DNA from: Eledone cirrhosa
Taxonomy: Eukaryota
Direction: 5' to 3'
Length of the DNA: 64,000 nucleotides
Assembly (NCBI GenBank): GCA_964016885.1
Contig: OZ024744.1
Span: forward strand, 12,896,001 to 12,960,000
A model generated the notes under the pieces. It was not told the origin of the DNA. It did not search any database and saw nothing but the letters and a program-made list of their open reading frames with translations. Shown here piece by piece: positions 12,001 to 26,700 of the stretch (position 1 is the stretch's first letter; each line of letters starts with the position of its first letter). The position numbers were made by a program, and so were the translations under genes.

Positions 12001-13542
12001 GGACATGGGGTTAGAATGTCTCAGTAGATCAGAGAGTCACTCCAGTTAAAGCTACTCTCTAAATTGAGAGATCACAACTCCCATACTATGGACATGTGTT
12101 TAGAATGTCTCAGTAGATCAGAGAGTCACTCCAATTAAAGCACCTCTGTAAATTGAGATATCACAACTCCGATACTATGGACATGGGGTTAGAATGTCTC
12201 AGTAGATCAGAGAGCATCTCCAGTTAAAGCTACTCTCTAAATTGAGAGATCACAACTCCCATACTATGGACATGTGGTTAGAATGTCTCAGTAGATCAGA
12301 GTGTCACTCCACTTAAAGCCACTCTCTAAATTGAGAGATCACAACTCCGATACTATGGACATGGGGTTAGAATGTCAAAGTAGATCAGAGAGTATCTCCA
12401 CTTAAAGCCACTCTCTAAATTGAGAGATCACAACTCCAATACTATCGACATTGGTTTAGAACTTCTCAGTAGATCAGAGAGTCATTCCAATTAAAGTCAC
12501 TCTCCAAATTGAGAGATCACAACTCCCATACTATGGACATTGGTTTAGAATGTCTCAGTAGATCAGAGTGTCACTCCAGTTAAAGCTACTAATTCTTTAA
12601 ATTGAGAGATTTCAACTCCAATACTACAGACATGTGGTTAGAATGTCTCAGTAGATCAGCGTGTCACTCCAGTTAAAGCTACTCTCTAAATTGAGAGATC
12701 ACAATTCCAATACTACAGACATGTGGTTAGAATGTCTCAGTAGATTAGAGTGTCACTCCAGTTAAAGCTACTCTCTAAATTGAGAGATCACAACTCCCAT
12801 ACTATGGACATGGGGTTAGAATGTCTCAGTAGATCAGAGTGTCACACCAGTTAAAGCTACTCTCTAAATTGAGAGATCACAACTCCCATTCTATGGACAT
12901 GTTGTTAGAATGTCTCAGTAGATCAGAGAGTCACTCCAGTTAAAGACACTAATTCTCTAAATTGAGAGATCACAACTCCCATACTATGGACATGGGGTTA
13001 GAATGTCTCAGTAGATCAGAGTGTCACTCCAGTTAAAGCTACTAATTCTCAAAATTGAGAGATCACAACTCCAATACTATGGACATGTGGTTAGAATGTC
13101 TCAGTAGATCAGAGAATCACTCCAGTTAAAGACACTAATTCTCTAAATTGAGAGATCACAACTCCCATAATATGGACATGGGGTTAGAATGTCTCAGTAG
13201 ATCAGAGTGTCACTCCAGTTAAAGCCACTCTCTAAATTGAGAGATCACAACTATAATACTATGGTCATGTGGTTAGAATGTCTCAGTAGATCAGAGAGTC
13301 ACTCCAGTTAAAGCCACTAATTCACTAAATTGAGAGATCACAACTCCCATACTATGGACATGTGGTTAGAATGTCTCAGTAGATCAGTGTGTCACTCCAG
13401 TTAATGCCACTCTCTAAATTGAGAGATCACAACTCCAATACTATGGACATTGGTTTAGAATGTCTCAGTAGATCAGAGAGTCACTCCAGTTAAAGCCACT
13501 CTCTAAATTTAGAGATCACAACTCCCATAATATGGACATGTA

Positions 13543-16500
13543 GTTAGAATGTCTCAGTAGATCAGAGTGTCACTCCAGTTAAAGCCACTCTCCAAATTGA
13601 GAGATCACAACTCCCATACTATGGACATTGGTTTAGAATGTCTCAGTATATCAGAGTGTCACTCCAGTTAAAGCTACTCTCTAAATTGAGTGATCACAAC
13701 TCCCATACTATGGATATGGGTTTAGAATGTCTCAGTAGATCAGAGTGTCAATCCACTTAAAACCACTCTCTAAATTGAGAGATCACAACTCCCATACTAT
13801 GGACATGTGGTTAGAATGTCTCAGTAGATCAGAGTGTCACTCAATTTAAAGCTACTAATTCTCTAAATTGAGAGATCACAACTCCCATACTACGGACATG
13901 TGGTTAGAATGTCTCAGTAGATCAGAGTGTCACTCCAGTTAAAGCTACTAATTCTCTAAATTGAGAGATGACAACTCCCATACTATGGACATGTGGTTAG
14001 AATGTCTCAGTAGATCAGAGTGTCACTCCACTTAAAGCTACTCTCTAAATTGAGAGATCACAACTCCCATACTATGGACATGTGGTAAGAATGTCTCAGT
14101 CGATCAGAGAGTCACTCCAGTTAAAACTACTAATTCTCTAAATTGAGAGATCACAACTCCGACACTATGGACATGTGGTTAGAATGTCTCAGTAGATCAG
14201 AGAGTCACTCCAGTTAAAGCAACTCTCTAAATTGAGAGATCATAACTCCAATACTACAGATATGTGGTTAGAATGTCTCAGTAGATCAGAGAGTCACTCT
14301 AGTTAAAGCAACTCTCTAAATTGAGAGATCACAACTCTAATACTATGGACATGTGGTTAGAATGTCTCAGGAGATCAGAAAGTCACTCCAGATAAAGCTA
14401 CTAATTCTATAAATCGAGAGATCACAACTCTGTTACTATGGACATGGGGTTAGAATGTCTCAGTAGATCAGAGTGTCACTCCAGTTAAAGCCACTCTCTA
14501 AATTAAGAGATCACAACTATAATACTATGGTCATGTGGTTAGAATGTCTCAGTAGATCAGGGAGTCACTCCAGTTAAAGACACTAATTATCTAAATTGAG
14601 AGATCACAACTCCCATACTATGCACAAGTGGTTAGAATGTCTTAGTAGATCAGAGAGTCACTCCAGTTAAAGCCACTCTCTAAATTAGGAGATCACAACT
14701 CCCATACTATGGACATGTGGTTAGAATGTCTCAGTCGATCAGAGAGTCACTCCAGTTAAAACTACTAATTCTCTAAATCGAGAGATCACAACTCCGACAC
14801 TATGGACATGTGGTTAGAATGTCTCAGTACATCAGAGAGTCACTCCAGTTAAAGCAACTCTCTAAATTGAGAGATCACAACTCCAATACTACAGATATGT
14901 GGTTAGAATGTCTCAGTAGATCAGAGAGTCACTCCAGTTAAAGCAACTCTCTAAATTGAGAGATCACAACTCTCATACTATGGACATGTGGTTAGAATGT
15001 CTCAGGAGATCAGAAAGTCACTCCAGATAAAGCTACTAATTCTATAAATCGAGAGATCACAACTCTGTTACTATGGACATGGGGTTAGAATGTCTCAGTA
15101 GATCAGAGTGTCACTCCAGTTAAAGCCACTCTCTAAATTGAGAGATCACAACTCCCATACTATGCACATGTGGTTAGAATGTCTCAGTAGATCAGAGAGT
15201 CACTCCAGTTAAAGCCACTCTCTAAATTAGGAGATCACAACTCCCATACTATGGACATGTGGTTAGAATGTCTCAGTCGATCAGAGAGTCACTCCAGTTA
15301 AAACTACTAATTCTCTAAATTGAGAGATCACAACTCCGATACTATGGACATGTGGTTAGAATGTCTCAGTAGATCAGAGAATCACTCCAGTTAAAGCAAC
15401 TCTCTAAATTGAGAGATCACAACTCCAATACTACAGACATGTGGTTAGAATGTCTCAGTAGATCAGAGAGTCACTCCAGTTAAAGCTACTCTCTAAATTG
15501 AGAGATCACAACTCCCATACTATGGACATGTGTTTAGAATGTCTCAGTAGATCAGAGAGTCACTCCAATTAAAGCACCTCTGTAAATTGAGATATCACAA
15601 CTCCGATACTATGGACATGTGGTTAGAATGTCTCAGTAGATCAGAGTGTCACTCCAGTTAAAGCTACTAATTCTCTAAATTGAGAGATGACAACTCCCAT
15701 AATATGGACATGTGGTTAGAATGTCTCAGTAGATCAGAGTGTCACTCCACTTAAAGCTACTCACTATATTTAGAGATCACAACTCCCAGACTATGGACAT
15801 GTGGTTAGAATGTCTCAGTCGATCAGAGAGTGACTCCAGTTAAAACTACTAATTCTCTAAATTGAGAGATCACAACTCCGATACTATGGACATGTGGTTA
15901 GAATGTCTCAGTAGATCAGAGAGTCACTCCAGTTAAAGCAATTCTCTAAATTGAGAGATCACAACTCCAATACTACAGATATGTGGTTAGAATGTCTCAG
16001 TAGATCAGAGAGTCACTCCAGTTAAAGCAACTCTCTAAATTGAGAGATCACAACGCCCATACTATGGACATGTGGTTAGAATGTCTCAGGAGATCAGAAA
16101 GTCACTGCAGATAAAGCTACTAATTCTATAAATTGCGAGATCACAACTCTGTTACTATGGACATGGGGTTAGAATGTCTCAGTAGATCAGAGTGTCACTC
16201 CAGTTAAAGCCACTCTCTAAATTAAGAGATCACAATTATAATACTATGGTCATGTGGTTAGAATGTCTCAGTAGATCAGAGAGTCACTCCAGTTAAAGAC
16301 ACCAATTCTCTAAATTGAGAGATCACAACTCCCATACTATGGACATGGGGTTAGAATGTCTTAGTAGATCAGAGAGTCACTCCAGTTAAAGCCACTCTCT
16401 AAATTGAGAGATCGCAACTCCCATACTATGGACATGTGGTTAGAATGTCTCAGTAGATCAGAGAGTCACTCAAGTTAAAGCCACTCTCTAAATTGAGAGA

Positions 16501-19500
16501 TCACAACTCCCATACTATGGACATGTGGTTAGAATGTCTCAGTCGATCAGAGAGTCACTCCAGTTAAAACTACTAATTCTCTAAATTGAGAGATCACAAC
16601 TCCGATACTATGGACATGTGGTTAGAATGTCTCAGTAGATCAGAGTGTCACTCCAGTTAAAGCCACTCTCCAAATTGAGAGATCACAACTCCCATACTAT
16701 GGACATTGGTTTAGAATGTCTCAGTATATCAGAGTGTCACTCCAGTTAAAGCTACTCTCTAAATTGAGTGATCACAACTCCCATACTATGGATATGGGTT
16801 TAGAATGTCTCAGTAGATCAGAGTGTCAATCCACTTAAAACCACTCTCTAAATTGAGAGATCACAACTCCCATACTATGGACATGTGGTTAGAATGTCTC
16901 AGTAGATCAGAGTGTCACTCAATTTAAAGCTACTAATTCTCTAAATTGAGAGATCACAACTCCCATACTACGGACATGTGGTTAGAATGTCTCAGTAGAT
17001 CAGAGTGTCACTCCAGTTAAAGCTACTAATTCTCTAAATTGAGAGATGACAACTCCCATACTATGGACATGTGGTTAGAATGTCTCAGTAGATCAGAGTG
17101 TCACTCCACTTAAAGCTACTCTCTAAATTGAGAGATCACAACTCCCATACTATGGACATGTGGTAAGAATGTCTCAGTCGATCAGAGAGTCACTCCAGTT
17201 AAAACTACTAATTCTCTAAATTGAGAGATCACAACTCCGACACTATGGACATGTGGTTAGAATGTCTCAGTAGATCAGAGAGTCACTCCAGTTAAAGCAA
17301 CTCTCTAAATTGAGAGATCATAACTCCAATACTACAGATATGTGGTTAGAATGTCTCAGTAGATCAGAGAGTCACTCTAGTTAAAGCAACTCTCTAAATT
17401 GAGAGATCACAACTCTAATACTATGGACATGTGGTTAGAATGTCTCAGGAGATCAGAAAGTCACTCCAGATAAAGCTACTAATTCTATAAATCGAGAGAT
17501 CACAACTCTGTTACTATGGACATGGGGTTAGAATGTCTCAGTAGATCAGAGTGTCACTCCAGTTAAAGCCACTCTCTAAATTAAGAGATCACAACTATAA
17601 TACTATGGTCATGTGGTTAGAATGTCTCAGTAGATCAGGGAGTCACTCCAGTTAAAGACACTAATTATCTAAATTGAGAGATCACAACTCCCATACTATG
17701 CACAAGTGGTTAGAATGTCTTAGTAGATCAGAGAGTCACTCCAGTTAAAGCCACTCTCTAAATTAGGAGATCACAACTCCCATACTATGGACATGTGGTT
17801 AGAATGTCTCAGTCGATCAGAGAGTCACTCCAGTTAAAACTACTAATTCTCTAAATCGAGAGATCACAACTCCGACACTATGGACATGTGGTTAGAATGT
17901 CTCAGTACATCAGAGAGTCACTCCAGTTAAAGCAACTCTCTAAATTGAGAGATCACAACTCCAATACTACAGATATGTGGTTAGAATGTCTCAGTAGATC
18001 AGAGAGTCACTCCAGTTAAAGCAACTCTCTAAATTGAGAGATCACAACTCTCATACTATGGACATGTGGTTAGAATGTCTCAGGAGATCAGAAAGTCACT
18101 CCAGATAAAGCTACTAATTCTATAAATCGAGAGATCACAACTCTGTTACTATGGACATGGGGTTAGAATGTCTCAGTAGATCAGAGTGTCACTCCAGTTA
18201 AAGCCACTCTCTAAATTGAGAGATCACAACTCCCATACTATGCACATGTGGTTAGAATGTCTCAGTAGATCAGAGAGTCACTCCAGTTAAAGCCACTCTC
18301 TAAATTAGGAGATCACAACTCCCATACTATGGACATGTGGTTAGAATGTCTCAGTCGATCAGAGAGTCACTCCAGTTAAAACTACTAATTCTCTAAATTG
18401 AGAGATCACAACTCCGATACTATGGACATGTGGTTAGAATGTCTCAGTAGATCAGAGAATCACTCCAGTTAAAGCAACTCTCTAAATTGAGAGATCACAA
18501 CTCCAATACTACAGACATGTGGTTAGAATGTCTCAGTAGATCAGAGAGTCACTCCAGTTAAAGCTACTCTCTAAATTGAGAGATCACAACTCCCATACTA
18601 TGGACATGTGTTTAGAATGTCTCAGTAGATCAGAGAGTCACTCCAATTAAAGCACCTCTGTAAATTGAGATATCACAACTCCGATACTATGGACATGTGG
18701 TTAGAATGTCTCAGTAGATCAGAGTGTCACTCCAGTTAAAGCTACTAATTCTCTAAATTGAGAGATGACAACTCCCATAATATGGACATGTGGTTAGAAT
18801 GTCTCAGTAGATCAGAGTGTCACTCCACTTAAAGCTACTCACTATATTTAGAGATCACAACTCCCAGACTATGGACATGTGGTTAGAATGTCTCAGTCGA
18901 TCAGAGAGTGACTCCAGTTAAAACTACTAATTCTCTAAATTGAGAGATCACAACTCCGATACTATGGACATGTGGTTAGAATGTCTCAGTAGATCAGAGA
19001 GTCACTCCAGTTAAAGCAATTCTCTAAATTGAGAGATCACAACTCCAATACTACAGATATGTGGTTAGAATGTCTCAGTAGATCAGAGAGTCACTCCAGT
19101 TAAAGCAACTCTCTAAATTGAGAGATCACAACGCCCATACTATGGACATGTGGTTAGAATGTCTCAGGAGATCAGAAAGTCACTGCAGATAAAGCTACTA
19201 ATTCTATAAATTGCGAGATCACAACTCTGTTACTATGGACATGGGGTTAGAATGTCTCAGTAGATCAGAGTGTCACTCCAGTTAAAGCCACTCTCTAAAT
19301 TAAGAGATCACAATTATAATACTATGGTCATGTGGTTAGAATGTCTCAGTAGATCAGAGAGTCACTCCAGTTAAAGACACCAATTCTCTAAATTGAGAGA
19401 TCACAACTCCCATACTATGGACATGGGGTTAGAATGTCTTAGTAGATCAGAGAGTCACTCCAGTTAAAGCCACTCTCTAAATTGAGAGATCGCAACTCCC

Positions 19501-19722
19501 ATACTATGGACATGTGGTTAGAATGTCTCAGTAGATCAGAGAGTCACTCAAGTTAAAGCCACTCTCTAAATTGAGAGATCACAACTCCCATACTATGGAC
19601 ATGTGGTTAGAATGTCTCAGTCGATCAGAGAGTCACTCCAGTTAAAACTACTAATTCTCTAAATTGAGAGATCACAACTCCGATACTATGGACATGTGGT
19701 TAGAATGTCTCAGTAGATCAGA
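13543..19722. repeat. Tandem duplication of a 3078-bp (34-monomer) block
   Basis: Offset 3078 = 34x89+13x4 at 13591/16669 TCCAAATT, 13641/16719 TCTCAGTATA, 14621/17699 TGCACAAG, 15761/18839 TCACTATATT, 16411/19489 ATCGCAAC. Confidence 0.95.
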
Positions 19723-21473
19723 GAATCACTCCAGTTAAAGCAACTCTCTAAATTGAGAGATCACAACTCCAATACTACAGACATGTGGTTAGAATGTCTC
19801 AGTAGATCAGAGAGTCACTCCAGTTAAAGCTAATCTCTAAATTGAGAGATCACAACTCCCATACTATGGGCATGTGGTTAGAATGTCTCAGTAGATCAGA
19901 GAGTCACTCCAATTAAAGCACCTCTGTAAATTGAGATATCACAACTCCGATACTATGGACATGGGGTTAGAATGTCTCAGTAGATCAGAGAGTATCTCCA
20001 GTTAAAGCTACTCTCTAAATTGAGAGATCACAACTCCAATACTACAGACATGTGGTTAGAATGTCTCAGTCGATCAGAGAGTCATTCCAGTTAAAGCTAC
20101 TCTCTAAATTGAGAGATCACAACTCCCATAATATGGACATGTGGTTAGAATGTTTCAGTAGATTAGAGAGTCATTCCAGTTAAAGCTACTCTCTAAATTG
20201 AGAGATCACAACTCCGATACTATGGACATGTGGTTAGAATGTCTCAGTAGATCAGAGAGTCACTCCAGTTAAAGCAATTCTCTAAATTGAGAGATCACAA
20301 CTCCAATACTACAGATATGTGGTTAGAATGTCTCAGTAGATCAGAGAGTCACTCCAGTTAAAGCAACTCTCTAAATTGAGAGATCACAACGCCCATACTA
20401 TGGACATGTGGTTAGAATGTCTCAGGAGATCAGAAAGTCACTGCAGATAAAGCTACTAATTCTATAAATTGCGAGATCACAACTCTGTTACTATGGACAT
20501 GGGGTTAGAATGTCTCAGTAGATCAGAGTGTCACTCCAGTTAAAGCCACTCTCTAAATTAAGAGATCACAATTATAATACTATGGTCATGTGGTTAGAAT
20601 GTCTCAGTAGATCAGAGAGTCACTCCAGTTAAAGACACCAATTCTCTAAATTGAGAGATCACAACTCCCATACTATGGACATGGGGTTAGAATGTCTTAG
20701 TAGATCAGAGAGTCACTCCAGTTAAAGCCACTCTCTAAATTGAGAGATCGCAACTCCCATACTATGGACATGTGGTTAGAATGTCTCAGTAGATCAGAGA
20801 GTCACTCAAGTTAAAGCCACTCTCTAAATTGAGAGATCACAACTCCCATACTATGGACATGTGGTTAGAATGTCTCAGTCGATCAGAGAGTCACTCCAGT
20901 TAAAACTACTAATTCTCTAAATTGAGAGATCACAACTCCGATACTATGGACATGTGGTTAGAATGTCTCAGTAGATCAGAGAATCACTCCAGTTAAAGCA
21001 ACTCTCTAAATTGAGAGATCACAACTCCAATACTACAGACATGTGGTTAGAATGTCTCAGTAGATCAGAGAGTCACTCCAGTTAAAGCTAATCTCTAAAT
21101 TGAGAGATCACAACTCCCATACTATGGGCATGTGGTTAGAATGTCTCAGTAGATCAGAGAGTCACTCCAATTAAAGCACCTCTGTAAATTGAGATATCAC
21201 AACTCCGATACTATGGACATGGGGTTAGAATGTCTCAGTAGATCAGAGAGTATCTCCAGTTAAAGCTACTCTCTAAATTGAGAGATCACAACTCCAATAC
21301 TACAGACATGTGGTTAGAATGTCTCAGTCGATCAGAGAGTCATTCCAGTTAAAGCTACTCTCTAAATTGAGAGATCACAACTCCCATAATATGGACATGT
21401 GGTTAGAATGTTTCAGTAGATTAGAGAGTCATTCCAGTTAAAGCTACTCTCTAAATTGAGAGATCACAACTCC
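18932..21473. repeat. Tandem duplication of a 1258-bp (14-monomer) block overlapping the end of the 3078-bp duplication
   Basis: Offset 1258 = 14x89+3x4 at 19011/20269 TTAAAGCAAT, 19131/20389 ACGCCC, 20151/21409 TGTTTCAG. Confidence 0.93.
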
Positions 21474-23739
21474 CATACTATGGACGTGTGGTTAGAATGT
21501 CTCAGTAGATCAGAGAGTCACTCCAGTTGAAGCTACTCTCTAAATTGAGAGATCACAACTCCGATACTATGGACATGGGGTTAGAATGTCAAAGTAGATG
21601 AGAGAGTATCTCCACTTCAAGCCAATCTCTAAATTGAGAGATCACAACTCCAATACTATGGACATTGGTTTAGAATGTCTCAGTAGATCAGAGAGTCACT
21701 CCAATTAAAGTCACTCTCCAAATTGAGAGATCACAACTCCCATACTATGGACATGTGGTTAGAATGTCTCAGTAGATCAGAGTGTCAATCCAGTTAAAGC
21801 TACTAATTCTCTAAATTGAGAGATTTCAACTCCAATACTACAGACATGTGGTTAGAATGTCTCAGTAGATCAGAGTGTCACTCCAGTTAAAGCTACTCTC
21901 TAAATTGAGAGATCACAATTCCAATACTACAGACATGTGGTTAGAATGTCTCAGTAGATTAGAGTGTCACTCCAGTTAAAGCTACTAATTCTCTAAATTG
22001 AGAGATCACATCTCCAATACTATGGACATGGGGTTAGAATGTCTCAGTAGATCAGAGAGTCACTCCCTTTAAAGCTACTAGTTCTCTAAATTGAGAGATC
22101 ACAACTCCCATACTATGGACATGTGGTTAGAATGTCTCAGTAGATCAGAGTGTCACTCCAGTTAAAGCTACTCTCTAAATTGAGAGATCACAAGTCCCAT
22201 ACTATGGACATGTGGTTAGAATGTCTCAGTAGATCAGAGTGTGACTCCAGTTAAAGCTACTAGTTCTCTAAATTGAGAGATCACAACTCCCATACTATGA
22301 ACATGTGGTTAGAATGTCTCAGGAGTTCAGAGAGTCACTCCAGTTAAAGCTACTCTCTAAATTGAGAGATCACAACTCCCATACTATGGACATGTGGTTA
22401 GAATGTCTCAGTAGATCAGAGAGTCACTCCAGTTAAAGCTACTAATTCTCTAAATTGAGAGATCACAACTCCAATACTATGGACATGTGGTTAGAATGTC
22501 TCAGTAGATCAGAGTGTCACTCCAGTTAAAGCTACCCTCTAAATTGAGTGATCACAACTCCCATACTATGGATATGGGTTTAGAATGTCTCAGTAGATCA
22601 GAGTGACAATCCACTTAAAGCCACTCTCTAAATTGAGAGATCACAACTCCCATACTATGGACATGTGTTTAGAATGTCTCAGTAGATCAGAGTGTCACTC
22701 AAGTTTAAGCTACTAATTCTCTAAATTGAGAGATCACAACTCCCATACTATGGACATGTGGTTAGAATGTCTCAGTAGATCAGAGTGTCACTCCAGTTAA
22801 AGCTACTAATTCTCTAAATTGAGAGATGACAACTCCCATACTATGGACATGTGGTTAGAATGTCTCAGTAGATCAGAGTGTCACTCCACTTAAAGCTACT
22901 CTCTAAATTGAGAGATCACAACTCCCATACTATGGACATGTGGTTAGAATGTCTCAGTCGATCAGAGAGTCACTCCAGTTAAAACTACTAATTCTCTAAA
23001 TTGAGAGATCACAACTCCGACACTATGGACATGTAGTTAGAATGTCTCAGTAGATCAGAGAGTCACTCCAGTTAAAGCAACTCTCTAAATTGAGAGATCA
23101 CAACTCCAATACTACAGATATGTGGTTAGAATGTCTCAGTAGATCAGAGAGTCACTCTAGTTAAAGCAACTCTCTAAATTGAGAGATCACAACTCTCATA
23201 CTATGGACATGTGGTTAGAATGTCTCAGGAGATCAGAAAGTCACTCCAGATAAAGCTACTAATTCTATAAATCGAGAGATCACAACTCTGTTACTATGGA
23301 CATGGGGTTAGAATGTCTCAGTAGATCAGAGTGTCACTCCAGTTAAAGCCACTCTCTAAATTAAGAGATCACAACTATAATACTATGGTCATGTGGTTAG
23401 AATGTCTCAGTAGATCAGGGAGTCACTCCAGTTAAAGACACTAATTCTCTAAATTGAGAGATCACAACTCCCATACTATGCACATGTGGTTAGAATGTCT
23501 CAGTCGATCAGAGAGTCACTCCAGTTAAAACTACTAATTCTCTAAATTGAGAGATCACAACTCCGATACTATGGACATGTGGTTAGAATGTCTCAGTAGA
23601 TCAGAGAATCACTCCAGTTAAAGCAACTCTCTAAATTGAGAGATCACAACTCCAATACTACAGACATGTGGTTAGAATGTCTCAGTAGATCAGAGAGTCA
23701 CTCCAGTTAAAGCTACTCTCTAAATTGAGAGATCACAAC

Positions 23740-26700
23740 TCCAATACTATGGACATGGGGTTAGAATGTCTCAGTAGATCAGAGTGTCACTCCAGTTAAA
23801 GCTACTAATTCTCTAAATTGAGAGATCACAACTCCCATACTATGGACATGGGGTTAGAATGTCTCAGTAGATCAGAGTGTCACTCCAGTTAAAGCTACTC
23901 TCTAAATTGAGAGATCACAACTCCAATACTATGGTCATGTGGTTAGAACGTCTCAGTAGATCAGAGTGTCACTCCAGTTAAAGCTACTCTCTAAATTGAG
24001 AGATCACAACTCCCATACTATGGACATGGGGTTAGAATGTCTCAGTAGATCAGAGTGTCACTCCAGTTAAAGCTACTCTCTAAATTGAGAGATCACAACT
24101 CCCATACTATGGACATGGGGTTAGAATGTCTCAGTAGATCAGAGTGTCACTCCAGTTAAAGCTACTCTCTAAATTGAGAGATCACAACTCCAATACTATG
24201 GTCATGTTTTTAGAATGTCTCAGTAGATCAGAGTGTCACTCCAGTTAAAGCTACTCTCTAAATTGAGAGATCACAAGTCCCATACTATGGACATGTGGTT
24301 AGAATGTCTCAGTTGATCAGAGTGTGACTCCAGTTAAAGCTACTAGTTCTCTAAATTGAGAGATCACAACTCCCATACTATGGACATGTGGTTAGAATGT
24401 CTCAGGAGTTCAGAGAGTCACTCCAGTTAAAGCTACTCTCTAAATTGAGAGATCACAACTCCCATACTATGGACATGTGGTTAGAATGTCTCAGTAGATC
24501 AGAGAGTCACTCCAGTTAAAGCTACTAATTCTCTAAATTGAGAGATCACAACTCCCATACTATGGACATGTGGTTAGAATGAATCAGTAGAACACAGAGT
24601 CACTCCACTTAAAGCCACTAATTCTCTAAATTGAGAGATCACAACTCCAATACTATGGACATGTGGTTAGAATGTCTCAGTAGAACAGAGAGTCACTCCA
24701 CTTAAAGCCACTAATTCTCTAAATTGAGAGATCACAACTCCAATACTATGGACATGTGGTTAGAATGTCTCAGTAGATCAGAGTGTCACTCCAGTTAAAG
24801 CTACTCTCTAAATTGAGTGATCACAACTCCCATACTATGGATATGGGTTTAGAATGTCTCAGTAGATCAGAGTGTCAATCCACTTAAAGCCACTCTCTAA
24901 ATTGAGAGATCACAACTCCCATACTATGGACATGTGTTTAGAATGTCTCAGTAGATCAGAGTGTCACTCAAGTTAAAGCTACTAATTCTCTAAATTGAGA
25001 GATCACAACTCCCATACTATGGACATGTGGTTAGAATGTCTCAGTAGATCAGAGTGTCACTCCAGTTAAAGCTACTAATTCTCTAAATTGAGAGATGACA
25101 ACTCCCATACTATGGACATGTGGTTAGAATGTCTCAGTAGATCAGAGTGTCACTCCACTTAAAGCTACTCTCTAAATTGAGAGATCACAACTCCCATACT
25201 ATGGACATGTGGTTAGAATGTCTCAGTCGATCAGAGAGTCACTCCAGTTAAAACTACTAATTCTCTAAATTGAGAGATCACAACTCCGACACTATGGACA
25301 TGTGGTTAGAATGTCTCAGTAGATCAGAGAGTCACTCCAGTTAAAGCAACTCTCTAAATTAAGAGATCACAACTCCAATACTAAAGATATGTGGTTAGAA
25401 TGTCTCAGTAGATCAGAGAGTCACTCTAGTTAAAGCAACTCTCTAAATTGAGAGATCACAACTCTCATACTATGGACATGTGGTTAGAATGTCTCAGGAG
25501 ATCAGAAAGTCACTCCAGATAAAGCTACTAATTCTATAAATCGAGAGATCACAACTCTGTTACTATGGACATGGGGTTAGAATGTCTCAGTAGATCAGAG
25601 TGTCACTCCAGTTAAAGCCACTCTCTAAATTAAGAGATCACAACTATAATACTATGGTCATGTGGTTAGAATGTCTCAGTAGATCAGGGAGTCACTCCAG
25701 TTAAAGACATTAATTCTCTAAATTGAGAGATCACAACTCCCATACTATGCACATGTGGTTAGAATGTCTTAGTAGATCAGAGAGTCACTCCAGTTAAAGC
25801 CACTCTCTAAATTAGGAGATCACAACTCCCATACTATGGACATGTGGTTAGAATGTCTCAGTCGATCAGAGAGTCACTCCAGTTAAAACTACTAATTCTC
25901 TAAATTGAGAGATCACAACTCCGATACTATGGACATGTGGTTAGAATGTCTCAGTAGATCAGAGAATCACTCCAGTTAAAGCAACTCTCTAAATTGAGAG
26001 ATCACAACTCCAATACTACAGACATGTGGTTAGAATGTCTCAGTAGATCAGAGAGTCACTCCAGTTAAAGCTACTCTCTAAATTGAGAGATCACAACTCC
26101 CATACTATGGACATGTGTTTAGAATGTCTCAGTAGATCAGAGAGTCACTCCAATTAAAGCACCTCTGTAAATTGAGATATCACAACTCCGATACTATGGA
26201 CATGGGGTTAGAATGTCTCAGTAGATCAGAGAGCATCTCCAGTTAAAGCTACTCTCTAAATTGAGAGATCACAACTCCCATACTATGGACATGTGGTTAG
26301 AATGTCTCAGTAGATCAGAGTGTCACTCCACTTAAAGCCACTCTCTAAATTGAGAGATCACAACTCCGATACTATGGACATGGGGTTAGAATGTCAAAGT
26401 AGATCAGAGAGTATCTCCACTTAAAGCCACTCTCTAAATTGAGAGATCACAACTCCAATACTATCGACATTGGTTTAGAACTTCTCAGTAGATCAGAGAG
26501 TCATTCCAATTAAAGTCACTCTCCAAATTGAGAGATCACAACTCCCATACTATGGACATTGGTTTAGAATGTCTCAGTAGATCAGAGTGTCACTCCAGTT
26601 AAAGCTACTAATTCTTTAAATTGAGAGATTTCAACTCCAATACTACAGACATGTGGTTAGAATGTCTCAGTAGATCAGCGTGTCACTCCAGTTAAAGCTA

